DNA from: an uncultured Actinomycetota bacterium
GTDB lineage: Bacteria > Actinomycetota > Acidimicrobiia > Spongiisociales > UBA4744
Reading direction: 5' to 3'
DNA length: 64,000 nucleotides
NCBI GenBank assembly: GCA_963723165.1
Contig: CAVRPP010000004.1
Span: 26,644 to 90,643 of the forward strand
Shown in pieces: positions 9,207-18,677 of this stretch (position 1 is its first letter; every line of letters begins with the position of its first letter). Position numbers and translations under genes: made by a program. The notes under the pieces were generated by a model. The model did no database searches. It worked only from the letters and a program-made list of their open reading frames with translations, and had not been told where the DNA came from.

Positions 9207-10210
9207 CTGACAAAGTGCGCTGGGGAATTCTCAGCACGGCTGCCATCGGCACCAGGAACGTGATCCCTGCCATCCAGGCTGCCCCCAACTGTGAAGTCGT
9301 GGCCATCGCTTCGCGCGATCTGAAGCGGAGCCGGGCCGCCGCCGATCAGCTGGCGGTCCCCACGGCGTACGGTAGTTACGAGAAGCTGCTGGCTGCATCC
9401 GACGTCGACGCTATCTACAACCCTCTCCCCAATCACCTCCACCACGAGTGGACGGTCAAAGCGGCTCGGGCGGGCAAACACATTCTGTGCGAGAAGCCGC
9501 TGGCGCTCACTGCTGCAGGTGCACAGACAATGGTGGACGTGTGCGCGGCCGCAGAGGTCAAGCTGATGGAAGCCTTCATGTATCGGCTTCACCCTTCCTG
9601 GGTGAAGGTTCGCGCTTTGGTTGCCTCCGGAGCCATCGGTGAGCTACGCGCTATTCAGACACGGTTCGCCTACTTCAACGACGACCCAACAGACATCCGC
9701 AACCAGTTGCACACGGGAGGGGGAGCCCTCATGGATATCGGATGTTATGCCGTCAACCTGTCCCGGATGCTCTTCGGGAGCGAACCGACCCGGGTACAAG
9801 CCTCGATCCGTCGCCACCCCGACTTCGGAACAGACATCGTCACCTCGGCGGTGCTGGAATTCGGAGACGGGCAGGCAAGCTTCGTTGTCTCGACTCAGAC
9901 CGAACCCGACCAGCGAGTTCATCTGCTCGGATCAGACGGACGGATCGAAATCGAGATTCCTTTCAACACTCCTCCTGATCGCGAATCGCGGATATTCCTG
10001 ACGCGGGAGGGAGCCACACCCTCCGACCCGGATACCGTCACAATCAGGTTCCCCGCCACGAGCAATTACACGGTTCAGGCGGAGCTGTTTGCCGGGGCGA
10101 TCCTGGAAGATGGTCCGGTTCCCATTCCCCCTGAGGATGGAGTTGCCAACATGCGGGTCATCGAACAGATCGTCGAAGCGGCTGAGGGCCCAACGGACAA
10201 TGGCTTGTGA
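9203..10210 (+). CDS. Gfo/Idh/MocA-family NAD(P)-dependent oxidoreductase
   Basis: N-terminal Rossmann motif VRWGILSTAAIG, EKPLAL motif, 335 aa. RBS AGGAG lies upstream of the ATG. Confidence 0.9.
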   Translation: MTDKVRWGILSTAAIGTRNVIPAIQAAPNCEVVAIASRDLKRSRAAADQLAVPTAYGSYEKLLAASDVDAIYNPLPNHLHHEWTVKAARAGKHILCEKPLALTAAGAQTMVDVCAAAEVKLMEAFMYRLHPSWVKVRALVASGAIGELRAIQTRFAYFNDDPTDIRNQLHTGGGALMDIGCYAVNLSRMLFGSEPTRVQASIRRHPDFGTDIVTSAVLEFGDGQASFVVSTQTEPDQRVHLLGSDGRIEIEIPFNTPPDRESRIFLTREGATPSDPDTVTIRFPATSNYTVQAELFAGAILEDGPVPIPPEDGVANMRVIEQIVEAAEGPTDNGL

Positions 10211-10237
10211 GCCCGGCATCCGGGAGCACGTAACGCC

Positions 10238-11680
10238 CTATTCGTTCAAACCGGCCATCAGCCGGCGCACCTCATGGATGCGATCCCGAATTTGATCATC
10301 GACGCGAACGGGGTCGAGCACGGTCCCGCGCTGCGTGTCCCAACGACGCGCCACCTCTTCCGGACGCTCCACGCTGAGCAGTGATCCCGCCTGGGCAGCT
10401 GCTCCAAGCGCCACCAGTTCCTCTGCAGCGGGAATCTGGACCGCTCGTCCACACATGGCCCCGACGACATGCCTCCACGCGGATCCTTTCGAGCCACCAC
10501 CGACCAGCACTAGTGGTGCACCGGAACCGATGCCGGAGCTCTGCTCGTCGATCATGTCGAGTGCGTCGAGCAGACCAACAACCGCTCCTTGGTAGGTCGC
10601 AAGCAGAACTTCCTCCGGGCTGGTCGTATGACGCAGGCCGGTTATCGAACCTGCGGCGTTGGGAAGATTGGGCGTCCGCTCGCCATCGAAGAACGGAAGC
10701 ACCACCACATCGGTGTGATCTGCGACCTGATCGCGGTCGAGTCCCAACCAGCCTGCTACCCGATCCACTGCCAGGGTGCAGTTGAGGGTGGCGGCCAGGG
10801 GCAGAAACCGGCCGGTGGCGTCGGCGAAACCGGCAACCGTCCCGGAAGAATCCACGGTCCGCTGCTCGGAGACCATGAAGACGGTCCCTGAGGTACCCAG
10901 GCTGATCACCGGCACGCCCGCTTCCAATCCGAGCCCGACGGCCGCGGCGGCGTTGTCTCCGGTCCCGGGTCCGACCGGGATCCCCTGGGGGACACCGAGG
11001 TAGTCGGCGGCCGAGTCGGTAACGACTCCGGCAGCGCGGCCGGGACCGAGCACCTCCGGAAGGAGGGCTGGATCAAGACGCAGCAACGGGTGCCGCAATA
11101 CTTCATCCACATACCCTTCGGTAGCCGTCGACCACCATCCCGTGCCCGAAGCGTCCCCGCGATCGGAAACGCCCCGCCCGCACAGTCTCTCGGTAAGGAA
11201 GTCATGCGGAAGGCGGATGGCAGCGACGGCGTCTGCCACAACGGGTTCCACGCGTCGCAACCAGGCCCACTTCGTTGCAGTAAATGAGGCCACCGGCACC
11301 AGCCCGACTCGTTGAGCCCACCGGTCCGGCCCGCCCAACGATTCGAGAAGAGCGGCCGCGTCCGGGGCAGACTCGGTGTCGTTCCAGAGCTTCGCCGCCC
11401 GGAGCGGATGCCCGGCCTGGTCGAGAACCACCATCCCGTGCTGTTGGGCGGCTACCGAGACCGAGGCTATCGAGCCGGCCCGGCCGGTTTGTCCCAGCGC
11501 GTCGCGCAGCGCGGTCCACCACTGTTCCGGATCGGACTCCCGGGTTCCGCCTGTCCCCAACACAGTATGGGGAGCCCGTCCCCGTGCAATCACTTGGCCC
11601 GAGTCCATATCAACAATCAACGCCTTGGTCGACTGGGTTGAGGAATCGATTCCGGCTATCAGTGGCACGACACCATCCAA
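10238..11680 (-). CDS. xylB: FGGY-family carbohydrate kinase, xylulokinase-like
   Basis: GIDSSTQSTKALIV N-terminus and GTGDNAAAA motif; 480 aa. Confidence 0.75.
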   Translation of the reverse strand: MDGVVPLIAGIDSSTQSTKALIVDMDSGQVIARGRAPHTVLGTGGTRESDPEQWWTALRDALGQTGRAGSIASVSVAAQQHGMVVLDQAGHPLRAAKLWNDTESAPDAAALLESLGGPDRWAQRVGLVPVASFTATKWAWLRRVEPVVADAVAAIRLPHDFLTERLCGRGVSDRGDASGTGWWSTATEGYVDEVLRHPLLRLDPALLPEVLGPGRAAGVVTDSAADYLGVPQGIPVGPGTGDNAAAAVGLGLEAGVPVISLGTSGTVFMVSEQRTVDSSGTVAGFADATGRFLPLAATLNCTLAVDRVAGWLGLDRDQVADHTDVVVLPFFDGERTPNLPNAAGSITGLRHTTSPEEVLLATYQGAVVGLLDALDMIDEQSSGIGSGAPLVLVGGGSKGSAWRHVVGAMCGRAVQIPAAEELVALGAAAQAGSLLSVERPEEVARRWDTQRGTVLDPVRVDDQIRDRIHEVRRLMAGLNE

Positions 11681-11702
11681 CCCGCCGCAACAGACCGTGA
11701 TC

Positions 11703-12461
11703 TCACAGGTTGGCCCGTATCCAGGCGATGTCTTCGGAGTGCTCTTCGGCGCTGCCCGGGGTTTCCACGATCACCGTGGCGCCGGAATCACGAACGACCT
11801 GGAGCAGCAGGCCCGGTGGTATCTCCCCTTTGCCGAGGTTGGCATGACGATCGCGCCGGCTGTCGAACGGGTCGCGGGAGTCGTTGCAGTGGACCAGATC
11901 GATTCGACCGGTGGCGGCAATCACCCGGCCGACCAGACCGTCGAGCTCCTCGCCCGCAGCCCAGAAGTGGCAAGTGTCGAGACAGAATCCCGGGCCCAGA
12001 TCACCAATCTCCTCCCACAGACGACCAAGATCCTCTACCCGCCTGCCGATGGCCGCCTCCCCGCCCGCAGTGTTTTCGATCAGAATCGGCATATCGGTCT
12101 CGAGTGGCTCCAGCGCCTTGCGCCAGCGTTGTGGACCATCCTCAATCGAACCCTCATCGGTGACATGACCACCGTGCACGATCACCGCAGCAGCCCCGAA
12201 GGCCTCCGCCGCTTCGACGGTTTGCGCCAGGATCTTGCGGCTGGGGATTCGCACGCGGTTATTGGGCGAAACGACATTGATCAGGTACGGAGCATGCACA
12301 TAGATGGGAACAGGAGAGGCCTTCAGCTCTTCGGCGTCGTTGCGGGGCAACGGTTTCTTCCACGATTGCGGATTGGAGGCGAACATCTGCACGGCGTCGG
12401 CACTCCGCTCCGCTGCTTCCGCCAGCGGATGAGCGTTGTTCACGTGCGCTCCAATGAGCAT
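11703..12461 (-). CDS. nfo: deoxyribonuclease IV (endonuclease IV)
   Basis: MLIGAHV..., [35 protein letters not shown] are the metal-site motifs of the Nfo family. Start at 12461 chosen over the longer ORF. Confidence 0.85.
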   Translation of the reverse strand: MLIGAHVNNAHPLAEAAERSADAVQMFASNPQSWKKPLPRNDAEELKASPVPIYVHAPYLINVVSPNNRVRIPSRKILAQTVEAAEAFGAAAVIVHGGHVTDEGSIEDGPQRWRKALEPLETDMPILIENTAGGEAAIGRRVEDLGRLWEEIGDLGPGFCLDTCHFWAAGEELDGLVGRVIAATGRIDLVHCNDSRDPFDSRRDRHANLGKGEIPPGLLLQVVRDSGATVIVETPGSAEEHSEDIAWIRANL

Positions 12462-12472
12462 CTTCGGCCTCT

Positions 12473-13036
12473 CTACTCTGCGGTTTCTGCCTCGACGGAT
12501 TGACGCAGACGCCACAGGGAGTCGACCAGGTCGTCGGCCGGTGGGGACCATCCGGCCGTATCAATGAGCAACTCACCCGGGCCAACCCAGCGGGCACCCC
12601 ACGGGCGCTCGGGCAGATCTGCTTGCTCGGTCACCGTAATCAGGACGGACGGACGGGCATCTCCCTCGTCGTCGATCACTTCGTACGAGACATCCCGCAG
12701 CGACGCCCAGGGCACCTGAACAGCCCGGCGGAAGGGGCCGGCCAGAGCCAGGTGAAGGCCGCCCTCGTCTGCAACCAGAACTTTCGTGGGGAAAACGAGT
12801 TCTTTGAGACCCCATCCGATGAGGGCCACACCGACCAGGATGAACACGACGGCCAGAATCCTGTCGCGAGGTTCGAAGGCGGGCAGTTCTTCGGTGCCGT
12901 AGACAAGATCCCGGAACACACCGATCAACCTCTGCTCGAAAAAGAAGTCCGAGCCGATGAGCAGGAACGGTACGCCGAGGACGGCCAGAATCCAGACCTT
13001 CCAGGCCGAGGTCTCATACTCAACTGTTTCAGTCAC
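12473..13036 (-). CDS. membrane protein, unknown function (2 TM plus soluble C-terminal domain)
   Basis: 187-aa ORF with coding-like third-position GC. Its start overlaps the pyrE stop by 4 nt, and it ends 12 nt before nfo. Confidence 0.7.
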   Translation of the reverse strand: MTETVEYETSAWKVWILAVLGVPFLLIGSDFFFEQRLIGVFRDLVYGTEELPAFEPRDRILAVVFILVGVALIGWGLKELVFPTKVLVADEGGLHLALAGPFRRAVQVPWASLRDVSYEVIDDEGDARPSVLITVTEQADLPERPWGARWVGPGELLIDTAGWSPPADDLVDSLWRLRQSVEAETAE

Positions 13037-13593
13037 TCTGCAACTCCAAGATCCTCCGGCGTTATCAAGGCTTGATACGGGAACCCGGCTTGCCCCACGC
13101 GGTCGTGCACCGAGCCTCCGCTCCGGTCAACGAGAGCAATCGCTTGCACGACCTCCAGTCCAGAGAATACCGCCACATCGATTGCTTCCAGCAACGCACC
13201 GCCTGTGGTCGAGGTGTCCTCGAGAATCGCTACGAAATCTCCTGATGAGACCGGTCCCACCATTCTCCCTCCGGCCCCGTGACCCTTGGCCTCCTTCCGA
13301 ATCGAGAAGGCTCGTAACGCTCTGCCCCTCTGCGAAGCGACCACGGCGACCGCCATCGCGATGGGATCAGCGCCGATGGTCATCCCGCCAATCGCCTGCA
13401 CTCGCTCGTCGAGCACTTCGAGAACCGCATCGGCGACCGCCAGGGCACCCTCTCCGTCGAAGGTCGTTTGGCGCGCATCGAGGTACCAGGATGTGACCGT
13501 TCCAGACCTCAACGAGAAGGGCCCATCCGTGCGCAAACTGTAGCTACGGAGGTGCTCCAGCAGGGCTTGACGATTTTCCGAGAAATCCCTCAA
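13033..13593 (-). CDS. pyrE: orotate phosphoribosyltransferase
   Basis: PRPP-binding motif VAILEDTSTTGG, and SGTVTSWYLDAR. TTG start at 13593 gives the usual ~186 aa; the ORF-track start at 13767 looks too long. Confidence 0.85.
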   Translation of the reverse strand: MRDFSENRQALLEHLRSYSLRTDGPFSLRSGTVTSWYLDARQTTFDGEGALAVADAVLEVLDERVQAIGGMTIGADPIAMAVAVVASQRGRALRAFSIRKEAKGHGAGGRMVGPVSSGDFVAILEDTSTTGGALLEAIDVAVFSGLEVVQAIALVDRSGGSVHDRVGQAGFPYQALITPEDLGVAE

Positions 13594-13775
13594 GTAACTC
13601 CAACTCCGTCCGATATAGAGGGTGGTTAGCCCACCTCCCGTGTTAGCCCGACCATAGCGACCGCCTTCCCCCAAGGGCGGTCGCTTCAGTTCTGAGGCAC
13701 CCGCCGGATCACTGCCGCGACGAACTCCGTATGGCGGCCTTGAAAGATCGGTCCACCATCCGGACATGCGAGAGT

Positions 13776-14321
13776 ATGAACGGAGTCATTGCAAGGGGAT
13801 CGACCCGCGTGGGAGCAATCTCGGAGTCCCGGGACGAGAGGGGTTTCCGGTTGGCGTTCGACCGCCACTACCGGGACGTCCTTGCGTATGCGAAACGCCG
13901 ATCATCGGCGGTCGACGCCGAGGACATCGTCGCAGAAACCTTCACTATCGCCTGGCGCAAGTGGGAATCGGCGCCGGCAGACGCCATCCGGCCCTGGCTG
14001 TTCGGCATCGCTCGCAAAGTCCTCGCCAATCAAAGGCGAGGCAGCCGCCGTCAGCATCGTCTCGCCGCCAAGATCACCTCGCTCAGCGACAAGGCGACCA
14101 TCGACCCGGCCTACGGAGAATACGCAGACGTGAACCAGGCGATGGCCGGGCTGCGGTCGGAGGATCGGGAAATCATCCGACTCCACTGTTGGGAGGACCT
14201 TTCTATTGCTGAGATCGCCGTCGTTCTCGATTGTTCCGCCAACGCCGCCAGCATCCGCCTGCATCGCGCAAAACAACAACTCGGCCGGGCTCTGGCGATG
14301 AACTCTGGAGGTCGATCGTGA
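13776..14321 (+). CDS. ECF-type RNA polymerase sigma factor
   Basis: Region 2 (DAEDIVAETFTIAWRKW, PWLFGIARKVLANQRR) and region 4 (LSIAEIAVVLDCSANAASIRLHRAKQQL). The exact start is uncertain (13731, 13776 or 13809). Confidence 0.85.
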   Translation: MNGVIARGSTRVGAISESRDERGFRLAFDRHYRDVLAYAKRRSSAVDAEDIVAETFTIAWRKWESAPADAIRPWLFGIARKVLANQRRGSRRQHRLAAKITSLSDKATIDPAYGEYADVNQAMAGLRSEDREIIRLHCWEDLSIAEIAVVLDCSANAASIRLHRAKQQLGRALAMNSGGRS

Positions 14322-15280
14322 GCACCCAGGACCCGTTTGATCGTGTGCGGAAAGCCAATCCCGTCGATGCCAGGACCCTCCCGGGCGCGCCGCTGGGAAT
14401 GGCCGGAAGGATCACGGCCGCCCCTCCGCGGCGGTTTCGCATCAAAGGACCGACCCTGGGACTTGCGTCTATGGCTTTCGTTCTGGTCATCGGAGGACTC
14501 ACCACCACCCTGATGATGGGGGGTACGGACGAAACGCCGGTAACGCAAGCGCCCTCAACCACCACCGTCGACTCGACCACCCCGACGAGCATCGACCCTG
14601 TCACCGCAACCACGACGACCGACCAGGAAGGTACGCACATCATCGAGCTCGGCGCCGCCCCGTGGTCGGCGGCTCCGCTCCCCCGATCGGAAGTACCCCG
14701 GCACCTCATCGACGACTGGGCAGGCGCCGGAAACCAGACCTGGTGTTCGGCGCTCTACCCGACCGACCCGGCCAGTCTCAGCGCCGACGGAGTCACGCGA
14801 TCGGCCGACTTCGGCGGGGGATGGGCGGTCGCCTGGGATCTCCCCGACGGTCCGGGCCGCGACGCTGCCGATGGATACTGTGCCGACTGCGGCCGCAGCG
14901 CTTTCGGCATCGCCGGAGTCGACCAGACCGGGACGAGCACTGATTTGAGCATCTGGCCCGATCAGCTCGCTTGGGACGACGGCAGCCGGGCCGGCTATGG
15001 CCTGGAAGGATTGGCGGCTCCGGATTCGGGCGCTCCTGTGCTGAGCTACTTGCTGGTAGAAGGTCAGGGTTGCTTGTACAACGTCTGGTCGTTCCTCGGC
15101 GAGGATCACCTACTTGCACTGATCGATTCGCTGCGGCCGGTCGAGGGGATGCAGGCAGACCCGGTGGAGCTCGTCGATCGGGCCGATCTGGAGACCGCGG
15201 GAGCTGGGCGAGGCTCCATGGCAGAAATCGGCGCTGCCAAGTTCGGCGGTGCCTGCCGTCTTTTTCGAGGAGTGGACTGA
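14318..15280 (+). CDS. membrane-anchored protein downstream of the ECF sigma (candidate anti-sigma), carrying copy 1 of a Cys-containing extracytoplasmic domain
   Basis: GTG at 14318 overlaps the sigma stop (GTGA). N-terminus VSTQDPFDRVRKANPV, one TM (LASMAFVLVIGGLTTTLMM), a Thr/Pro linker, then a ~165-aa domain with WC...AWDLPDGPGR...YCADCGR.AFG...GCLYNVWS. Confidence 0.7.
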   Translation: MSTQDPFDRVRKANPVDARTLPGAPLGMAGRITAAPPRRFRIKGPTLGLASMAFVLVIGGLTTTLMMGGTDETPVTQAPSTTTVDSTTPTSIDPVTATTTTDQEGTHIIELGAAPWSAAPLPRSEVPRHLIDDWAGAGNQTWCSALYPTDPASLSADGVTRSADFGGGWAVAWDLPDGPGRDAADGYCADCGRSAFGIAGVDQTGTSTDLSIWPDQLAWDDGSRAGYGLEGLAAPDSGAPVLSYLLVEGQGCLYNVWSFLGEDHLLALIDSLRPVEGMQADPVELVDRADLETAGAGRGSMAEIGAAKFGGACRLFRGVD

Positions 15281-15746
15281 AGACCTCGGTACCACTGCAT
15301 GCCCGATGATGGCCTTGGCCGACCTGGGACCCGAGGGCAACGCTGCCACCCCGCGTCGGGCCAACGGGGATTCCGCTCTTCTGGTGGCCTGGGATCTGCC
15401 CGACGGACCCGGCCGCTACCCGTCTGGCGAATACTGCGCAGACTGCGGGAGGGGTGCGTTCGGTACGAGCTTGTGGGAACAGGACGAATTCCTCCAGCAG
15501 AGCTGGAATCCGACGATCCGCTTCTCGGACGGCAGCCGGGTGTGGATTACCCCCGAACTCAGTATCGAGCTGCCCGCCGATCGGATCGTTCACGTCGACC
15601 TCGAGACGGGTGCGCTTGCACCCGAGGCCTACGTGTCGCTCATCGAAACGGCCGCCCAGCCGGGCTGCCTCTATCGAGTGTGGTCGTCGTATGGCCCCGA
15701 TCATGTCGAATACCTGGTGACCAATCTCCGGTACCTCGAGGACTGA
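15249..15746 (+). CDS. copy 2 of the same domain; probably the frameshifted continuation of 14318..15280
   Basis: AWDLPDGPGRYPSGEYCADCGRGAFG...GCLYRVWSSYGPDH parallels copy 1. It has no signal peptide or TM of its own and no SD before the GTG. The linker EIGAAKFGGA/PAVFFEEW parallels ELGAAPWSAAPLP...IDDW of copy 1. Confidence 0.6.
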   Translation: MPAVFFEEWTEDLGTTACPMMALADLGPEGNAATPRRANGDSALLVAWDLPDGPGRYPSGEYCADCGRGAFGTSLWEQDEFLQQSWNPTIRFSDGSRVWITPELSIELPADRIVHVDLETGALAPEAYVSLIETAAQPGCLYRVWSSYGPDHVEYLVTNLRYLED

Positions 15747-15888
15747 CCCGATCCAGGCCGAGCAGCACACGGGCATCGGAGCTGAACCTGGTGGGTGGCC
15801 CGGCTCGAGACCCCTGGCACCAACAGTGGTCTTGGTGCTACAATAGGTGGTCACTCAGATACTCCACGCCTTGCATGGGAGGCCTCGA

Positions 15889-17421
15889 ATGCGAGTCAGT
15901 TCAAATTGGGCACGGACGGTGCAGATCGTCCTCATAGCGATATCCATGATGGTGGTGGCGCTTCCGGCGCAGGCAGCCACGGACCCCCTTCCCCCGTGCC
16001 CGCTGGCTAACGGCATCATCGTGGATTTTCCCGATGAGCAGATCCGTTCGGACCGCGGTCTGGCCGAAGCGCAATCGGACCTGGTGCCGGTAGTGCTCTT
16101 GCCGGGCCGGTACCTGGTCACCCTGGCCAGCTACGACCATCTCGCCGAGGGTGGCGACCAGCCGCACGAGCAGTGGTTCTTCTACGGTCTCGACGCGGCA
16201 GGTGGAACAACATTCACAACGCCGGCCATTGCCGATATCCCGGGCAACGTGAATTCAATGATCCAAACGATGCCGGTGTTCTTCCTCGATTCCCGCACAA
16301 CCAGGGTTGGCGCCCAGCATGCTTTTCATCCCGACAAAACGTCAACCAACTCCGTCTATCCGTGGTGCGCGAAACTGGTTCGCGAACTGCCGGCCGCCCA
16401 GGTTCAGGGCGATTTCAACGGCGACGGTAAGGAGGATGTTGCCTCCTTCTACACATCGGACGGAACCTGGTGGGTGACTCAGTCGACCGGATCCGGCTTC
16501 AGCACAACCCTCTGGGCCGATTTCTACACAGCCACCGGATGGGGACCTCAGGTGGTCGGCGATTTCAACGGCGACGGCAAAGACGACATCGCCAACTTCC
16601 ACGCCGGTAGCGGAGCCTGGTGGGTTTCGGTCTCTTCCGGCAACAGCTTCACCACGCGGCGCTGGGCGATATTGCCCGGCACGGCGAAGTGGGGTCAGCA
16701 TCTCGTTGGAGATTTCAACGGCGACGGCAAAGACGACATTGCCAATTTCCGGGACATCGACGGGACCTGGCAGGTTTCCCGGTCGACCGGGACGGCCTTT
16801 AGCACCAGCGTCTGGGCGGACTTCTCGACCAACAAAGGTTGGGGCCCGCACGTGGTCGGGGACTTCAACGGCGACGGCAAAGACGACATCGCCAATTTCC
16901 ACAGCTCCAACGGAACGTGGTGGGTATCCCGCTCCACCGGCACCGCCTTTGCCACCAAGCTCTGGGCTGATTTCTACACGACCACGGGTTGGAGCCCGCA
17001 ACTCGCCGCCGATTTCGACGGCGACGGGAAGGACGACATCGTCAACCTGCACTCCAGTGGCCGGTTGTGGATCTCCCGATCTACCGGCGCAACCTTCAAG
17101 ACGACCCTCTGGGGGACCATACCGGCCGGCTGGGGTTCCGTACGTCTAGGTGATTTCGACGGAGACGGAAAGAGCGACGTGGCCGGCTTCTACGGAGCCG
17201 ACGGAACCTGGCGAGTGTCCCGATCCACCGGTGTGGCCTTCACGACAAAGGTCTGGGCCGACTTCAGCACGACCACCGGCTGGAGCCCGCAGATGGCAGG
17301 CGACTTCACGGGCGACGGCAAAGACGACATCGCCAATTACCACTCGAGTGGAACCTGGTGGGTGTCACGATCTACCGGCAGCAGCTTCCTGACGTCGAAA
17401 TGGTTGAACGCCAGGCCGTGA
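15889..17421 (+). CDS. secreted FG-GAP/VCBS-type seven-bladed beta-propeller protein with an N-terminal domain of unknown function
   Basis: RBS GGGAGG lies 6 nt before the ATG at 15889. Signal peptide MRVSSNWARTVQIVLIAISMMVVALPAQA. Seven repeats of GDFNGDGKDDIANF..G.WWVSRSTG..F.T..WADF.T..GW.P. Confidence 0.85.
   Translation: MRVSSNWARTVQIVLIAISMMVVALPAQAATDPLPPCPLANGIIVDFPDEQIRSDRGLAEAQSDLVPVVLLPGRYLVTLASYDHLAEGGDQPHEQWFFYGLDAAGGTTFTTPAIADIPGNVNSMIQTMPVFFLDSRTTRVGAQHAFHPDKTSTNSVYPWCAKLVRELPAAQVQGDFNGDGKEDVASFYTSDGTWWVTQSTGSGFSTTLWADFYTATGWGPQVVGDFNGDGKDDIANFHAGSGAWWVSVSSGNSFTTRRWAILPGTAKWGQHLVGDFNGDGKDDIANFRDIDGTWQVSRSTGTAFSTSVWADFSTNKGWGPHVVGDFNGDGKDDIANFHSSNGTWWVSRSTGTAFATKLWADFYTTTGWSPQLAADFDGDGKDDIVNLHSSGRLWISRSTGATFKTTLWGTIPAGWGSVRLGDFDGDGKSDVAGFYGADGTWRVSRSTGVAFTTKVWADFSTTTGWSPQMAGDFTGDGKDDIANYHSSGTWWVSRSTGSSFLTSKWLNARP
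16411..17391 (+). repeat. in-frame tandem coding repeats, 150-bp period (7 units)
   Basis: Repeat cores GA(T/C)TTC(A/G)ACGGCGACGG... start at 16411, 16561, 16711, 16861, 17011, 17152 and 17302. The cores at 16561, 16711 and 16861 are nearly identical over ~38 nt. Confidence 0.85.
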
Positions 17422-17525
17422 CGGACGCGGTGAGCCGCTGCTCATCACGGCGGAGTTGGCCTTCGGCCCCGTTCCAGTTGGTCACGGGAGCGCGGGCCGG
17501 GAAGTAACGAGGCTAGGTTTCTGTC

Positions 17526-17681
17526 ATGAGCCATCGACCCCACCCCCGCCATCTGGTGAACAACTGGCGCAATTCGGACCTGCCCTTCCTCGAGAAGCTG
17601 GCGCTTGCTGCGAAGAACAACGCCATCAAGCTCAAGAACCGGTCGGACTGTTGCGGCAACCACGGCGAACCTGGTTGTTGA
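17526..17681 (+). CDS. small His/Cys-rich protein (51 aa), unknown function
   Basis: ATG..TGA ORF below the cutoff of the supplied track: MSHRPHPRHLVNNWRNSDLPFLEKLALAAKNNAIKLKNRSDCCGNHGEPGC. Almost all codons end in G/C, as in neighbouring genes. No strong SD. Confidence 0.45.
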   Translation: MSHRPHPRHLVNNWRNSDLPFLEKLALAAKNNAIKLKNRSDCCGNHGEPGC

Positions 17682-17765
17682 AAGGGACCGGACGCGCCCG
17701 GTTCGGGTGCAGCGGACGGGCACAACCACCACCATTGAACGGCCGGCAGCCGACCGGTCGACTCC

Positions 17766-18548
17766 TTACCTGCCGAACCTGCGGTTGCGGCGGGTGAAAT
17801 CCCTGAGGGCGCGAAGGAAATCGACCCTGCGGAATGCCGGCCAATAAACATCGACGAACGCGAACTCGGAATATGCCGATTGCCAGAGGAGAAATCCCGA
17901 CAATCGCGACTCTCCGCTCGTACGGATAACGAGGTCAGGATCGGGCAGGTCTGCCGTGTAGAGATGTTCGGCAATCTTTTCAGCATCGATGTGGTCGGCC
18001 AGTTCCTCGGCCGGCGTTCCGGCGGCAGCCAACGAAGAGACCAGATCCTGGACGGCGTCGACGATCTCCTGGCGGCCTCCGTACCCGATGGCAATGGTCA
18101 ACCGGTGAAGTCCGGCACCGGCCCGCTCCTCGGCTCGCTTGGCGGCCGAGACCAGGTCTGGCGGAAGCAGATCGAGACTCCCGATGAAGCGCAACTCAAA
18201 TCCGTACCGCTGCGCCAGCTCGGGCAACCGGCCGAACATCCCGATCAGGACCTCAAAGTACGGCTGCAGCTCCTCGACCGGCCGGGCCAGGTTCTCCCGG
18301 CTCAATAGCCATCCGGTGATCGCCGGTATGTCGACCTGTTGCGCCCATCCGAGGAACTCCTCGAACTTTCGCATCCCGACCTGATAACTGGCCTCGTAGT
18401 CGGCCAGGCCTTCGGCCCTGGCGTAGCGTCGATGGCCGTCGAGAATGATGCCGATGTGGCGCGGCAATTTCTGAGGATCCATCTGCCGGAGGAGGCGTTC
18501 CTCGTACAAGCGGTAGACGGGCCGCAACAATGTTTTGTCCTGGCTCAT
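17766..18548 (-). CDS. uppS: cis-prenyltransferase (undecaprenyl/decaprenyl diphosphate synthase family)
   Basis: HIGIILDGHRRYA (variant of the DGNRRWA motif) and RTSGESRLSGFLLWQSAYSEFAFVDVYWPAF. Start MSQDKTLL at 18548. Confidence 0.85.
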   Translation of the reverse strand: MSQDKTLLRPVYRLYEERLLRQMDPQKLPRHIGIILDGHRRYARAEGLADYEASYQVGMRKFEEFLGWAQQVDIPAITGWLLSRENLARPVEELQPYFEVLIGMFGRLPELAQRYGFELRFIGSLDLLPPDLVSAAKRAEERAGAGLHRLTIAIGYGGRQEIVDAVQDLVSSLAAAGTPAEELADHIDAEKIAEHLYTADLPDPDLVIRTSGESRLSGFLLWQSAYSEFAFVDVYWPAFRRVDFLRALRDFTRRNRRFGR

Positions 18549-18677
18549 CGATCCCCCGTGGTCCCATGCATGGTACCGCCCCATCGCGGTTGCTCAGACT
18601 CCAGGTTGCCGGGCCGCGAATGGAGAAGAGGGGCCCGACCTCGTTGAGAACGTCGATGGCAACAGTATCCTCAAGAC

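Noticed and set aside
14793-15854. 353-aa ORF on the minus strand
   Set aside because: It lies antisense to the sigma-associated tandem-domain gene. The translation is Arg/Pro-rich, whereas the opposite strand shows an internally duplicated, conserved domain.
16411-17391. Regular 150-bp repeats considered as a CRISPR array or non-coding tandem repeat
   Set aside because: The repeats are in-frame within one long ORF and encode FG-GAP blades. There are no short direct repeats with unique spacers and no cas genes in the window.
17526-17681. Small Cys-rich ORF as a RiPP precursor
   Set aside because: No radical SAM, YcaO, lanthipeptide synthetase, peptidase or ABC exporter genes lie nearby. It is kept only as a candidate small protein.
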